In this document: one piece after another, positions 38,179-47,695 of the stretch
Numbering within the stretch: position 1 is the first letter of the stretch
How the letters are laid out: the number at the start of each line of letters is the position of its first letter
NCBI GenBank assembly: GCA_902777385.1
Contig: CACYTP010000012.1
Span: 9,552-73,551, forward strand
Reading direction: 5' to 3'
Length of the DNA stretch: 64,000 nucleotides
Source of the DNA: an uncultured bacterium
Lineage (GTDB): Bacteria; Cyanobacteriota; Vampirovibrionia; Gastranaerophilales; Gastranaerophilaceae
The notes under the pieces: generated by a model
What the model saw: the letters and a program-made list of their open reading frames with translations, nothing else
The model's database searches: none
What the model was told of the DNA's origin: nothing
Position numbers and translations under genes: made by a program

Positions 38179-38553
38179 ATAATAATTATGTCATTACTGT
38201 AAAATTTTTACATTCCCCAATAGTATATCCCCTAAATTACTGTAAGTATTCCAATTTAATTTATTAGTACAAATATAAAGTTTTTGTTTGTAATTGTTAC
38301 TTATGATAATAAGCATCAAACTACAAGTTCTCGCCAAAGTATCGCATTATAAAACCCCCGATTACCTCAGAGGCTCTATGGGGGGCGATACAAGACTGTC
38401 TTGACCTGTTCGCATTAAACGTGACTTCGTGTTTTGCTTTTTGTGCTAATCGCACTATAAAGCAAAAGCACTCCGCACTCTGCTCACAGGTCGCTCGAAC
38501 TTTGGCACAGCTTTGCTGTGCAAGTTCTCAACACTTGTTACATCCTTATTACT

Positions 38554-38585
38554 AAAAAGACAGTAACAAATGTTACTGTCTTTTT
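38554..38585. terminator. bidirectional intrinsic terminator after tRNA-Val
   Basis: AAAAAGACAGTAACA-AA-TGTTACTGTCTTTTT. Confidence 0.75.
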
Positions 38586-38587
38586 AG

Positions 38588-38663
38588 TGGTGGGCGATAC
38601 AAGACTCGAACTTGTGACCCTCTGAATGTCGTTCAGATGCGCTACCAACTGCGCCAATCGCCC
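38588..38663 (-). tRNA. tRNA-Val (anticodon GAC), CCA encoded
   Basis: Manual cloverleaf: GGGCGAT/TG/GCGC-AGTTGGTA-GCGC/A/TCTGA-ACGACAT-TCAGA/GGGTC/ACAAG-TTCGAGT-CTTGT/ATCGCCC-ACCA. Position 33 is C, not U. Confidence 0.8.
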
Positions 38664-38676
38664 GTTTTATATCTGA

Positions 38677-38955
38677 CTATTTTATAATATGTTTCGGCTT
38701 AATTCCGCTTAAATGACTCATTAATTTTCCAAAACCGTTTCGCATTTTTATTATACCATTGGATAAGGGCTTTTTTTTCGGCAATTGTACTACATCTGTA
38801 CTTAATGGTGCCAGATTTGCACCTTTTACAGATTTGCCAAAATCTGATACCTCATGCGATATCACCGGAGCAGGAACCTGTCCGTTACTGTTGATTTTTA
38901 CTGTATCTGCAATTGTATCTACCGGTAAATCAGCTATTCCAAAAATTGAACCCAT
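38677..38955 (-). CDS. small hypothetical protein between two tRNA genes
   Basis: 92-aa non-repetitive ORF with a weak, distant SD (GAGGGG about 15 nt upstream). Starts MGSIFGIADL. Confidence 0.3.
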   Translation of the reverse strand: MGSIFGIADLPVDTIADTVKINSNGQVPAPVISHEVSDFGKSVKGANLAPLSTDVVQLPKKKPLSNGIIKMRNGFGKLMSHLSGIKPKHIIK

Positions 38956-38988
38956 ATTTTTATTAATACCCCTCTATAAAACTAAAAA

Positions 38989-39060
38989 AGGCGACACCCA
39001 GATTCGAACTGGGGGATAAGAGCTTTGCAGGCTCCTGCCTTACCACTTGGCCATGTCGCC
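38989..39060 (-). tRNA. tRNA-Cys (anticodon GCA), no encoded CCA
   Basis: Manual cloverleaf: GGCGACA/TG/GCC-AAGTGGTAA-GGC/A/GGAGC-CTGCAAA-GCTCT/TATCC/CCCAG-TTCGAAT-CTGGG/TGTCGCC + U73 discriminator. Confidence 0.85.
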
Positions 39061-39110
39061 TCACCTCGTCCATTATAATACGAAACACATACCGCAATGT
39101 CAACCCTATT

Positions 39111-40118
39111 TTATTCTATTATCTTACTTACTATTTCCTCAGCAGATATTTTCAAACAGTCTAAACTATCACAGGTTGTCATTCTTCTTTCCCATAAACA
39201 CGGTTTTAACGGACAATTGTCATTTGCTTTTATCGGTACAACCTTATCCGTCTTTGGAATTAATTTATTATCATCTGTTGAACCAAATATTACATAAGTC
39301 TGTGTCTTTAACGCTACTGCAACATGCAACGGAGCAGAATCGGAACATAAAAATTTTTCCGCACCTGATATTAGTTCACCCAAATCCCTCATTGATTTTG
39401 TTTTACCGTAATAATTTTCAAATTTAGGATTATCCTTACATGAAATAGAATTAAGTATAGTTTCTATACATTCCTTATCGTCAGGTCCTCCGGCAAGCAT
39501 TACCGTCTTACCTTTCTCTGTTAACAAGTCAATTACTTTTGCCCAAACTTCCGCACCGACTGTTTTTATACATCCCTTCTGAATACTCATCTTACTTACT
39601 CCGGGATGAATAAGTACCGTGTTTTCACGTTTCGGCTGAGGTGTTATATTCAATACAGGTAGTTCTGTCCTATGCTGCGTAAGCGGTTTTACCAAATCAT
39701 GGTACATTGCACATGCATATTGGTTTTTGTTCAAAGGAACAGTCTGTGTCAAAAGTTTTCTGCTTAATGCCCCTGCATCATAACCATATCTTTGTCTTAT
39801 TCCGGTTAACCATAAAATAATACTCATAAATTTATTTCCGCCGGCAGTTATGGCTATGTCAAATTTTCCTCTTCTTGCAAGAAATATTAATTTCAAAATT
39901 TCTGCGTATTTATTTTTCCCCTTAATATCCACTAAAAACAAATTATCTATAATATCAGTTAAATCTTTAATGCTCTTACTTCTTGGCTCAAGTGCCAACG
40001 TAATTTCCGAATTAGGAAATTCTTTTTTTAATGAGATTAGTGTCGGCAAAAAGAATATCTCATCTCCAATTCCACCAAAATTTACAGCTAATATTTTTGT
40101 TAAATTTTTAACTTCCAT
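39111..40118 (-). CDS. family 9 glycosyltransferase (LPS heptosyltransferase-like)
   Basis: KILAVNFGGIGDEIFFLPTLISLKKEFP N-terminal motif and C-terminal GSDSAPLHVAVAL. Confidence 0.8.
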   Translation of the reverse strand: MEVKNLTKILAVNFGGIGDEIFFLPTLISLKKEFPNSEITLALEPRSKSIKDLTDIIDNLFLVDIKGKNKYAEILKLIFLARRGKFDIAITAGGNKFMSIILWLTGIRQRYGYDAGALSRKLLTQTVPLNKNQYACAMYHDLVKPLTQHRTELPVLNITPQPKRENTVLIHPGVSKMSIQKGCIKTVGAEVWAKVIDLLTEKGKTVMLAGGPDDKECIETILNSISCKDNPKFENYYGKTKSMRDLGELISGAEKFLCSDSAPLHVAVALKTQTYVIFGSTDDNKLIPKTDKVVPIKANDNCPLKPCLWERRMTTCDSLDCLKISAEEIVSKIIE

Positions 40119-40198
40119 AACAAAATTATTTTATCAAAAACATATAAAAATAGCAGACAGAAATTTCTGTCCGCTACTTAATACACTGAACTTTAAAT

Positions 40199-41488
40199 TT
40201 ATTCGTCATCCCTTACCATAGCTTCATATTCATCAGGTGTAAATGTATCAAAAGTCATACCCTTTCGCTGGGTAGCTTTCTTCATCATTTCGGGGATTTT
40301 TTCTATCATTTCTTCAGAAGCAGAAACTATATCATGATTTTTTTGTTCGTTAATGACTCTTATTGTTACTTCAGAAGGAGAACCGTCTTCACCTACTACA
40401 TCCTGAACACAATAACTTGCCCAGTCTTCAGGCAACTCATCTGTATACAAGTAATCTTTATCCGTTCCTAAACGTTTATCAATTTCCTTTTCAAGAACTT
40501 TACTTACATATTTCTTTTGAGATTCAAAGTGACAAGGGTGTACAACTTCTTCCCCAATTACTTCTTCAGGATCTCTGTCCTCGTGTTTTTTAAAGAGTTC
40601 TGCCGCAGTATGTAAGTGGTCTAATTCTATAGCCAAAAACTCTTCCCATATAGGTTTTATCATTTCATCCGTTTCGTCCTCATAACAATTATGATATGTG
40701 CAAACTTCCGTAAACTCGTGCAGAAGCAGTTTTTCGTACCATGATTCGGTCGGATCTATGAGTGATTCATACATAGTAACGTGTTCTTCTTCTACGTCTT
40801 TAATTTCGGCGTAAGTTTCTCTTAACAACTCGCTGCCATATTCAAAACCGTGTTCTCCGTAGTAGTTATGAGTTTGTTGTTCACCTGCTACAAGTGTTAA
40901 TATATTGACCTTTGTTTGCGGAGTAGCCGTTTTCTTATCGTAAGGCTTTCTTAATCTTATAACATTACAGTTATGATGGTTTTGTGTAGGTCGCCCGAGT
41001 ATTACATCCGTATTGCCTTGCACTATTGCATCAGGTTCAATTCCATGAACCATGTATGCCCACTGTGAATATCTGTACAAATGATCAAAATCTTCTAACA
41101 AACCAAAGTCAAAGGTTTCTTTAACATATTTATCAGGCTCATTCTGTGCCATCCAAGCAGTTAAGTCAACAGCTACCTGCTCGTACCCGAGTGTAGTTTC
41201 TAATACAGACTGATCACAAGGAGCAAGCCAGTTTATTGTTGTTTGTTGAGCATCTTCAATACGTTTTGTTCTTGCAAGGAATTCCTGAGTTTCTTTATCT
41301 TCAGTATTTCTTGCAAAATTGTGTTTGAAATTCCACCCTTCAACCTCAATTCCGTTCATTAATATTTGTCGTGTTCTTGTATAACAATCAACATGGGTTT
41401 TGTTAAACTTTCTGTGTGCTATATCGTGCCAAGTTCTAAGCTGTTTTTCAAGAGGAATACCTTTTTCTTTTAGCGGATTAAATTTCAT
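40199..41488 (-). CDS. hypothetical ferritin-like (di-iron ExxH) protein
   Basis: AAGGAG SD before the ATG at 41488. EEEHVTMYESL and ELDHLHTAAELF motifs suggest a ferritin-like four-helix bundle. Confidence 0.35.
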   Translation of the reverse strand: MKFNPLKEKGIPLEKQLRTWHDIAHRKFNKTHVDCYTRTRQILMNGIEVEGWNFKHNFARNTEDKETQEFLARTKRIEDAQQTTINWLAPCDQSVLETTLGYEQVAVDLTAWMAQNEPDKYVKETFDFGLLEDFDHLYRYSQWAYMVHGIEPDAIVQGNTDVILGRPTQNHHNCNVIRLRKPYDKKTATPQTKVNILTLVAGEQQTHNYYGEHGFEYGSELLRETYAEIKDVEEEHVTMYESLIDPTESWYEKLLLHEFTEVCTYHNCYEDETDEMIKPIWEEFLAIELDHLHTAAELFKKHEDRDPEEVIGEEVVHPCHFESQKKYVSKVLEKEIDKRLGTDKDYLYTDELPEDWASYCVQDVVGEDGSPSEVTIRVINEQKNHDIVSASEEMIEKIPEMMKKATQRKGMTFDTFTPDEYEAMVRDDE

Positions 41489-41640
41489 AATAAAATCTCC
41501 TTTCTTATACACTCAAAAATTAAACTGCATGTGCATATTTTTAATTCATCAATACGGCTAATAAAACATTCCTATATTATGATTTTATTTGATTAAAAAT
41601 ATTATTCGTGATAAATTCTTGTTACAAATTAAGGATTTTT

Positions 41641-42222
41641 ATGAGCATTGAGGAAGATTTAAAAGAAGTTAAAGATTTGTGCGAACTCTGTCAAAATTGT
41701 GCGTTGGGTGCTACCCGTACAAATATTGTATTTTCCGGCGGCGTTCCAAATCACAAACTTATGCTTATTGGCGAAGCTCCTGGGTATAATGAAGATATGC
41801 AGGGTGAACCTTTTGTAGGTAAAGCAGGTCAGTTACTTGATAAAATATTTGAATCAGTCGGATTATCAAGAAAACGAGATATTTATATTTGCAATACTTT
41901 AAAATGCCGTCCGCCAAATAACAGAGATCCTCTTCCTGAGGAGAAAGAAGCTTGCAGAGCTTTTCTTGATGCACAACTTGAAATTTTAAAACCCCGTATA
42001 ATCCTATTATGCGGTAAAGTAGCTCTTACTTCTATGCTAAATACTAATCAGGGGATAACAAAACTAAGAGGACAATGGTTTGAAGGACCTTATGACAGTG
42101 TTATGATGCCAATATTTCACCCGTCTTATCTTTTGAGAAATGAATCTCACGAAAAAGGAAGCCCAAAGTGGCTTATGTGGCAGGATATTAAAGAAGTTAA
42201 AAGGGTTTATGACAGTTTATAA
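41641..42222 (+). CDS. uracil-DNA glycosylase, family 4
   Basis: CxxC...GEAPGYNEDMQGEPFVGKAGQLLD and HPSYLLRN motifs. Confidence 0.85.
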   Translation: MSIEEDLKEVKDLCELCQNCALGATRTNIVFSGGVPNHKLMLIGEAPGYNEDMQGEPFVGKAGQLLDKIFESVGLSRKRDIYICNTLKCRPPNNRDPLPEEKEACRAFLDAQLEILKPRIILLCGKVALTSMLNTNQGITKLRGQWFEGPYDSVMMPIFHPSYLLRNESHEKGSPKWLMWQDIKEVKRVYDSL

Positions 42223-42245
42223 GGTTTTTATGTTATAATCCTCTT

Positions 42246-43562
42246 ATGAATATTCTGTTCAACCCTGTAATTATATCAGTTATTTTGCTTTGCATACTAT
42301 GTTTACGCAAAGTAAACGTTCTTTTGGCAATAATTATTTCCGCAATAGTTGCCGGAATGGTCGGAGGTATGCCAATCGGAAAAGTTATGGATACTTTTAT
42401 TTCCGGAATGGGCGGCAATACGGAAACTGCATTGAGTTATATTTTACTCGGAACATTTGCGGCAGCTATGACGCATACCGGATTAGCTACAATTCTGGCA
42501 AAGAAAATAGCCTCCGTTATTGAAGATAAAAAATTAATACTACTCATCATAATTACAGTAATTGCAATGCTTTCTCAGAATTTGATACCCGTACATATTG
42601 CATTTATTCCTATATTAATACCGCCGCTGCTGCATGTAATGAACAAACTAAAGATTGACAGACGAGCTGTTGCCTGTTCGTTATCATTTGGATTAAAAGC
42701 TCCTTATATTACTATTCCTGCAGGGTTTGGTTTAATTTTTCAGGGCTTGATTGCAGAGAATATGACACTGAACGGTATGGAAGTTCTAAAAAATGATGTC
42801 TGGAAATCAACATGGATATTGGGAATTGGAATGTTTATAGGACTTCTTGCCGCTGTTTTGATTTCATACAGAAAACCAAGAGAGTACAAGGATATTGTAT
42901 TTGCAAAAAATAAAATAGAAGAAGATGATGAAGAAGCACTTAAATTAAATAAAAATCATTATATTACGCTACTTGGTGCATTTGCTACACTGATTGTCCA
43001 ATTACTTACAAAATCATTACCTCTTGGAGCTTTAGTCGGACTTGGCATAGTATTTGGCGGTGGTGCCGTCAGTCATAAAAAGATGGATAAACTCATAAAT
43101 GAAGGGATTGGATTAATGGGTTATGTCGCATTTGTAATGCTTGTTGCCGCAGGTTTCGCTCTGGTACTGAAACAGACAGGCGGCATAGAAGTTCTTGTAA
43201 ATGCAATGATACCGTTTATGCAGAACAGCAGGTTTATTGCTGTAGGATTAATGCTCATTGTAGGATTATTTGTTACTATGGGTATCGGAACCTCATTTGG
43301 TACAATTCCTATTTTGGCGGTATTATTTATTCCGGTTTGTTCTCATTTAGGATTTTCACCTGCCGCTTCTGTCGTAATTTTGGCTGCAGCAGCCGCACTT
43401 GGAGATGCAGGTTCGCCGGCTTCCGATACTACTCTTGGTCCTACCGCAGGGTTAAATGCAGACAATCAGCATAACCACATTACTGATACTTGCATTCCTA
43501 CCTTTTTGCATTTTAATATTCCATTGATTATTTTTGCTATTTTGGCTGCATATATATTTTAA
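42246..43562 (+). CDS. Na+/H+ antiporter family (NhaC/YuiF-like) transporter
   Basis: 438 aa, about 11 TM helices, with the N-terminal pattern LLAIIISAIVAGMVGGMP...GMGGNTETALSYILLG. Confidence 0.5.
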   Translation: MNILFNPVIISVILLCILCLRKVNVLLAIIISAIVAGMVGGMPIGKVMDTFISGMGGNTETALSYILLGTFAAAMTHTGLATILAKKIASVIEDKKLILLIIITVIAMLSQNLIPVHIAFIPILIPPLLHVMNKLKIDRRAVACSLSFGLKAPYITIPAGFGLIFQGLIAENMTLNGMEVLKNDVWKSTWILGIGMFIGLLAAVLISYRKPREYKDIVFAKNKIEEDDEEALKLNKNHYITLLGAFATLIVQLLTKSLPLGALVGLGIVFGGGAVSHKKMDKLINEGIGLMGYVAFVMLVAAGFALVLKQTGGIEVLVNAMIPFMQNSRFIAVGLMLIVGLFVTMGIGTSFGTIPILAVLFIPVCSHLGFSPAASVVILAAAAALGDAGSPASDTTLGPTAGLNADNQHNHITDTCIPTFLHFNIPLIIFAILAAYIF

Positions 43563-43628
43563 TACTTGACTGAGAGTTGCTATCAAGTTATAAAATTGTT
43601 ATCGGAGATAATATAGGAGAGTAAATAA

Positions 43629-45404
43629 ATGATTTTAGACAAGGTTAACACTCCTGATGACGTAAAAAAGTTATCTGTTGAAGAAATGAGTACACTGGCT
43701 GACGAAATCAGAAGTTTTGTTATTAAAAAAGTTAATACAGTAGGCGGACATTGCGGCCCGAATTTGGGAATTGCAGAAGCTACAATAGCTTTACATTATG
43801 TATTTAATTCCCCTGTTGATAAAATAGTTTTTGATGTTTCGCATCAATGTTATCCGCACAAATTTTTGACAGGCAGAAAAGAAGGTTTTATTAATCCGGA
43901 AAACTATCACATTTATACGGGTTATACAGCTCCTGAAGAAAGTGAACATGATTTCTTCAAGGTAGGACATACTTCTACTTCTGTATCACTGGCTACAGGA
44001 TTAGCAAAAGCAAGAGATTTGAAAGGTGAAAAAGGTAATGTTATTGCTCTTATCGGAGACGGTTCTTTAAGTGGCGGAGAAGCCTTGGAAGGGCTTGATA
44101 ATGCCGCTGTACTCGGTTCAAACATTATCATAATAGTTAACGATAATGATATGTCCATTGCACCTAACGAGGGCGGATTATATAAAAATCTTAAAGAACT
44201 TCGTGAAACAAACGGCAAAGCAGAATGCAATTTCTTTAAATCTCTGGGCTTCGACTATTTATATATAGGCGAAGGGAATAATGTCGAAAAGCTTATTGAA
44301 GGATTTAGAAAGGTAAAAGACATTAATCATCCTATCGTTGTTCATATTGTTACAGAAAAAGGTCATGGCTTAAAAGCCGCTACGGAAAATAAAGAAATGT
44401 TCCACTGGATTTTGCCAAATACTCTTGATAAAAATAACGAAATAGTTGTAAACACAACGACAACTGGGGAGGATTGGAATAGTATAACAAAAGATTATAT
44501 TGTGAATAAGATTAAAGAGGATAAATCTGTTGTAGTTGTTAATGCAGCAACACCGGGAGTATTCGGATTTGATGCAAATTTCAGAAAACAGTTAGGCTGT
44601 CATTATGTTGATGTAGGTATAGCAGAAGAACACGCTGTTGCTTTTTCTTCAGGTATCGCAAGAGGTGGTGCAAAACCAATTCTCAACGTTATGAGTTCTT
44701 TTATTCAGAGAACATACGACCAGTTATCACAGGATTTATGTCTAAACAATTCTCCACTAACCCTTCTTATTTGGTGGGGTGGAATTTCCGGAGCAGATGC
44801 AACACACCTTTGTACATTTGATATGGCAATGATGGGGAATATTCCTAACCTTGTATATCTTGCACCTACAAACAAGGAAGAGTATCTTGCTATGTTGGAT
44901 TGGTCAGTAAATCAAACTCAATATTCTACTGCAATAAGAGTTCCGGGATGTGGGTTGAATTCTACAGGCGTAAAGGATACCACGGATTATTCCGATAGCA
45001 TAAACAAATTTAAGATGACAAAGTCAGGTGAAAAAATTGCGGTTATAGGTTTAGGTAATTTTTACTGGCTGGCTGAAAAAGTTGTTAATGAAATTAAATC
45101 TAAGTTAAATATAGATGCAACTCTAATAAACCCCAGATTTATAACAGGAATAGACAAAGATATGCTTGACAGTCTGAAATCTAACCATGAGGTTGTAATA
45201 ACACTGGAAGACGGAGAATTAAACGGCGGTTTTGGTGAAAAAATTGCAAGCTATCTTGGCAACTCTGACCTGAAAGTTTTGAACTATGGTGCTAATAAAG
45301 AATTTACAGACAGAGTTCCTCTGGATGTATTGTACAATCGTTACAGACTAACACCGGTTCAAATTATTGAAGATGCAGTAAAATGTTTAAAGGCAGGGGT
45401 TTAA
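43629..45404 (+). CDS. dxs: 1-deoxy-D-xylulose-5-phosphate synthase-like transketolase
   Basis: GGHCGPNLGIAEATIALHYVF..DKIVFDVSHQCYPHKFLTGR and the GDGSLSGGEALEGLDNA TPP-binding motif. Shorter, variant subtype. Confidence 0.65.
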   Translation: MILDKVNTPDDVKKLSVEEMSTLADEIRSFVIKKVNTVGGHCGPNLGIAEATIALHYVFNSPVDKIVFDVSHQCYPHKFLTGRKEGFINPENYHIYTGYTAPEESEHDFFKVGHTSTSVSLATGLAKARDLKGEKGNVIALIGDGSLSGGEALEGLDNAAVLGSNIIIIVNDNDMSIAPNEGGLYKNLKELRETNGKAECNFFKSLGFDYLYIGEGNNVEKLIEGFRKVKDINHPIVVHIVTEKGHGLKAATENKEMFHWILPNTLDKNNEIVVNTTTTGEDWNSITKDYIVNKIKEDKSVVVVNAATPGVFGFDANFRKQLGCHYVDVGIAEEHAVAFSSGIARGGAKPILNVMSSFIQRTYDQLSQDLCLNNSPLTLLIWWGGISGADATHLCTFDMAMMGNIPNLVYLAPTNKEEYLAMLDWSVNQTQYSTAIRVPGCGLNSTGVKDTTDYSDSINKFKMTKSGEKIAVIGLGNFYWLAEKVVNEIKSKLNIDATLINPRFITGIDKDMLDSLKSNHEVVITLEDGELNGGFGEKIASYLGNSDLKVLNYGANKEFTDRVPLDVLYNRYRLTPVQIIEDAVKCLKAGV

Positions 45405-45431
45405 CACCCCTCCTTTTTTGTGAGGTTAAAA

Positions 45432-45830
45432 ATGTACACGATAAAAGAAGTTGCAAAAAAAATGGAGGTTTCTGAACATACTCTGCGTTTTTGGGCAAAA
45501 TGCGGATTTTTCCCTTTTGTTGAGCGTGATAAAAATAATGTAAGAGTGTTCAGCGAAAGTGATTTGGATTGGGTAAAAATTGTTAAATGCTTAAGAGCTT
45601 GCGGCACTGATAATAAATCCATAAAAAAATATTTAACCCTTTGTCTGGAAGGGGACAGCACACTAAAAGAACGTTTTGATATTATAAAAGAAACCAAGAA
45701 AAAAGCATTATCTAAAATGGAAGAACTCAAACAACAACTTGAAATGCTGGATTATAAAGAACAGTTCTATATGGATTTAATTAAAAATAATAAAAAAGAC
45801 ATTTGGAACCCTATCTCTGCTTCCAAATAA
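45432..45830 (+). CDS. MerR family transcriptional regulator
   Basis: MYTIKEVAKKMEVSEHTLRFWAKCGFF...RVFSESDLDWVKIVKCLR is a canonical MerR HTH. GAGG SD before the ATG at 45432. Confidence 0.8.
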   Translation: MYTIKEVAKKMEVSEHTLRFWAKCGFFPFVERDKNNVRVFSESDLDWVKIVKCLRACGTDNKSIKKYLTLCLEGDSTLKERFDIIKETKKKALSKMEELKQQLEMLDYKEQFYMDLIKNNKKDIWNPISASK

Positions 45831-45860
45831 ATATTATATAATCACTTACACAACAATAAA

Positions 45861-45892
45861 AATAGCGGCTGAGGAATTCTCAACCGCTATTT
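45861..45892. terminator. hairpin terminator between convergent genes
   Basis: AATAGCGGCTGAG-GAATT-CTCAACCGCTATT (one mismatch) with T-run. Confidence 0.6.
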
Positions 45893-45901
45893 TCATAATT
45901 A

Positions 45902-47578
45902 TTACGCTTTAATTAATTCTCTTACTTCCTTACGCTTAACTTTTCTTGTTGTAGTTTTAGGGAGTGCTTCTTTTGAAATTATAATATTTGTCGGACGTTT
46001 ATATTGAGCCAAGTGCATAGAAAGAGTTTTTATATCCAACTTAATCATACGTTCAATATCTTCATCCGAATATGAATTATACAATTCATCTTTAGGAACT
46101 ACAACAGCCGTAACTTCTTCCGTTCCGTCCTTTGAACCGAAGCTTCTGGATACACCCAGTACACAGGTTTCTGCAATATAATGGCTCTTTTCTAAAACCG
46201 CTTCAACTTCTTCCGGAAATACTTTCTTTCCTCCGGATAAAACTATCATATTTTTAATACGACCGGTAATATATAAGTGTCCGTCTTTATCTATTTTTGC
46301 AATATCACCTGTATGCAGCCATCCTTCGGAATCAATGACTTCTGCGGTCATCTCAGGCTGATTGTGGTAACCCTTCATAACAGAAGGACCTCTTAAAAGC
46401 AATTCTCCTGATTCTTTATCAACTTTTGCCTCAAAATGTTTAAGAGGATGTCCGACAGAGGCAAGTTCATGACGCTTATCAAGATTAACCGAAACGACAG
46501 GACTTGTTTCTGATAACCCGTATCCTTGATATACTTTGATACCAATACGTTCAAAAAATCTTCCGACATCAATATCCAATGGAGCACCGCCTGATATACA
46601 TCCGATAAACTTTCCGCCAAGGTTTTCATGTATTTTCTTAAACATAACTTTTTTAACCGAATAGAACGGAATAAATTTTGCCAGATGATACAAAAACTTG
46701 AACATATATTTCACAATCGGCGGATTTGCATTAATTTCTTTTTCAATGCCTGCCTTTAAGAGTTTCAAGAATGCCGGAACAACAATCATAAACTGAATAT
46801 GTTTTTCCCTCATTATACCCGTAATATCTTTAGGTTTAAGACTGCTTGTATAATACACTGTATGTCCAAAATGCAAAAATGTAGAAAATCCGATTGTCAT
46901 TTCAAAAAGATGATTCATCGGCAATATAGAAAGAAGATTAATCCTCTCTCCGTTTGGCAAAATAGTATTTATGGCATCAGTACAATCCTCAATCTGAGCC
47001 TTAATATTTCTGAAAGAAATTTCTACACCCTTTGGAGCACCTGTTGTACCTGACGTGTAAATAATAAATGCAGTAGATTTTGAACTTCTCTGTCTCCATT
47101 TTGCATCATATTTTTCAGGCAAATTATATATATTTTTTACATTTTCATTAGAAACATGCTCATCTATAACAAGAATATGTTTGATAGATGTAACTTCTTT
47201 TTGGATAGCAAGAGCTGTTTCCAAATACTCCTGAGATACAAGCATTACGCTTGGCATACAATCCGAAAGAATAGATACAAGTTCATACTTGGATAATTTA
47301 ATATCCAACGGAACGGTTATAGTACCCGTCAGCACAGATGCAAAAACGCAAGCTCCGTATTCGGGCTTTGACTCTGAGAGAATTGCCAGACACTCACCTT
47401 TTTTAATACCTACATCTTCAATCAAATAACGGGCAATTCTTCTGGAAAGAAGTCCGATACCTTTGTATGTAAATTCTCTCCATCCGTAAGCACCCTTCAT
47501 TCCAAGAGCAATTCTATCCTGAAAATCACCTGTTTTAGTTTCAAGTAAAGATAAAATATGACTGTTTCTCAATTCCAT
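45902..47578 (-). CDS. AMP-dependent synthetase / long-chain fatty acid--CoA ligase
   Basis: YTSGTTGAPKGV AMP-binding motif, GYGLSETSP and TGDIAKIDKDGHLYITGRIK. Confidence 0.8.
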   Translation of the reverse strand: MELRNSHILSLLETKTGDFQDRIALGMKGAYGWREFTYKGIGLLSRRIARYLIEDVGIKKGECLAILSESKPEYGACVFASVLTGTITVPLDIKLSKYELVSILSDCMPSVMLVSQEYLETALAIQKEVTSIKHILVIDEHVSNENVKNIYNLPEKYDAKWRQRSSKSTAFIIYTSGTTGAPKGVEISFRNIKAQIEDCTDAINTILPNGERINLLSILPMNHLFEMTIGFSTFLHFGHTVYYTSSLKPKDITGIMREKHIQFMIVVPAFLKLLKAGIEKEINANPPIVKYMFKFLYHLAKFIPFYSVKKVMFKKIHENLGGKFIGCISGGAPLDIDVGRFFERIGIKVYQGYGLSETSPVVSVNLDKRHELASVGHPLKHFEAKVDKESGELLLRGPSVMKGYHNQPEMTAEVIDSEGWLHTGDIAKIDKDGHLYITGRIKNMIVLSGGKKVFPEEVEAVLEKSHYIAETCVLGVSRSFGSKDGTEEVTAVVVPKDELYNSYSDEDIERMIKLDIKTLSMHLAQYKRPTNIIISKEALPKTTTRKVKRKEVRELIKA

Positions 47579-47695
47579 ACATTAAACCCCTTAATCATCG
47601 ACACCATAATTTTATAGCGGTTGTTTCTAAATGTCAATGATATTAAGTTGTTTTAACCTCGAGTTGTAAACATATTGATACGTTTGTTATATTTT

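Noticed and set aside
37712-38182. 156-aa plus-strand ORF
   Set aside because: The opposite strand encodes a recognisable TspO/MBR protein. The plus-strand product has no motif.
38320-38545. tmRNA, RNase P RNA, SRP RNA or 6S RNA in the structured spacer
   Set aside because: I looked for the signature sequences: tmRNA 5' GGGG..TTCGAC and tRNA-like 3' end, RNase P GAGGAAAGTCC, and SRP GGAAG..AGCAGCC. I found none, and the length is too short for tmRNA or RNase P. The region is kept only as an unclassified candidate in the findings.
39047-39427. Plus-strand ORFs 39047..39427 and 39097..39297
   Set aside because: They overlap tRNA-Cys and the 3' end of the GT9 glycosyltransferase gene on the other strand.
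43563-43628. Possible TPP riboswitch upstream of the dxs-like gene (contains CTGAGA)
   Set aside because: The spacer is only 66 nt. Apart from CTGAGA within a simple hairpin (ACTTGA..TCAAGT), none of the other conserved THI-box elements is present.
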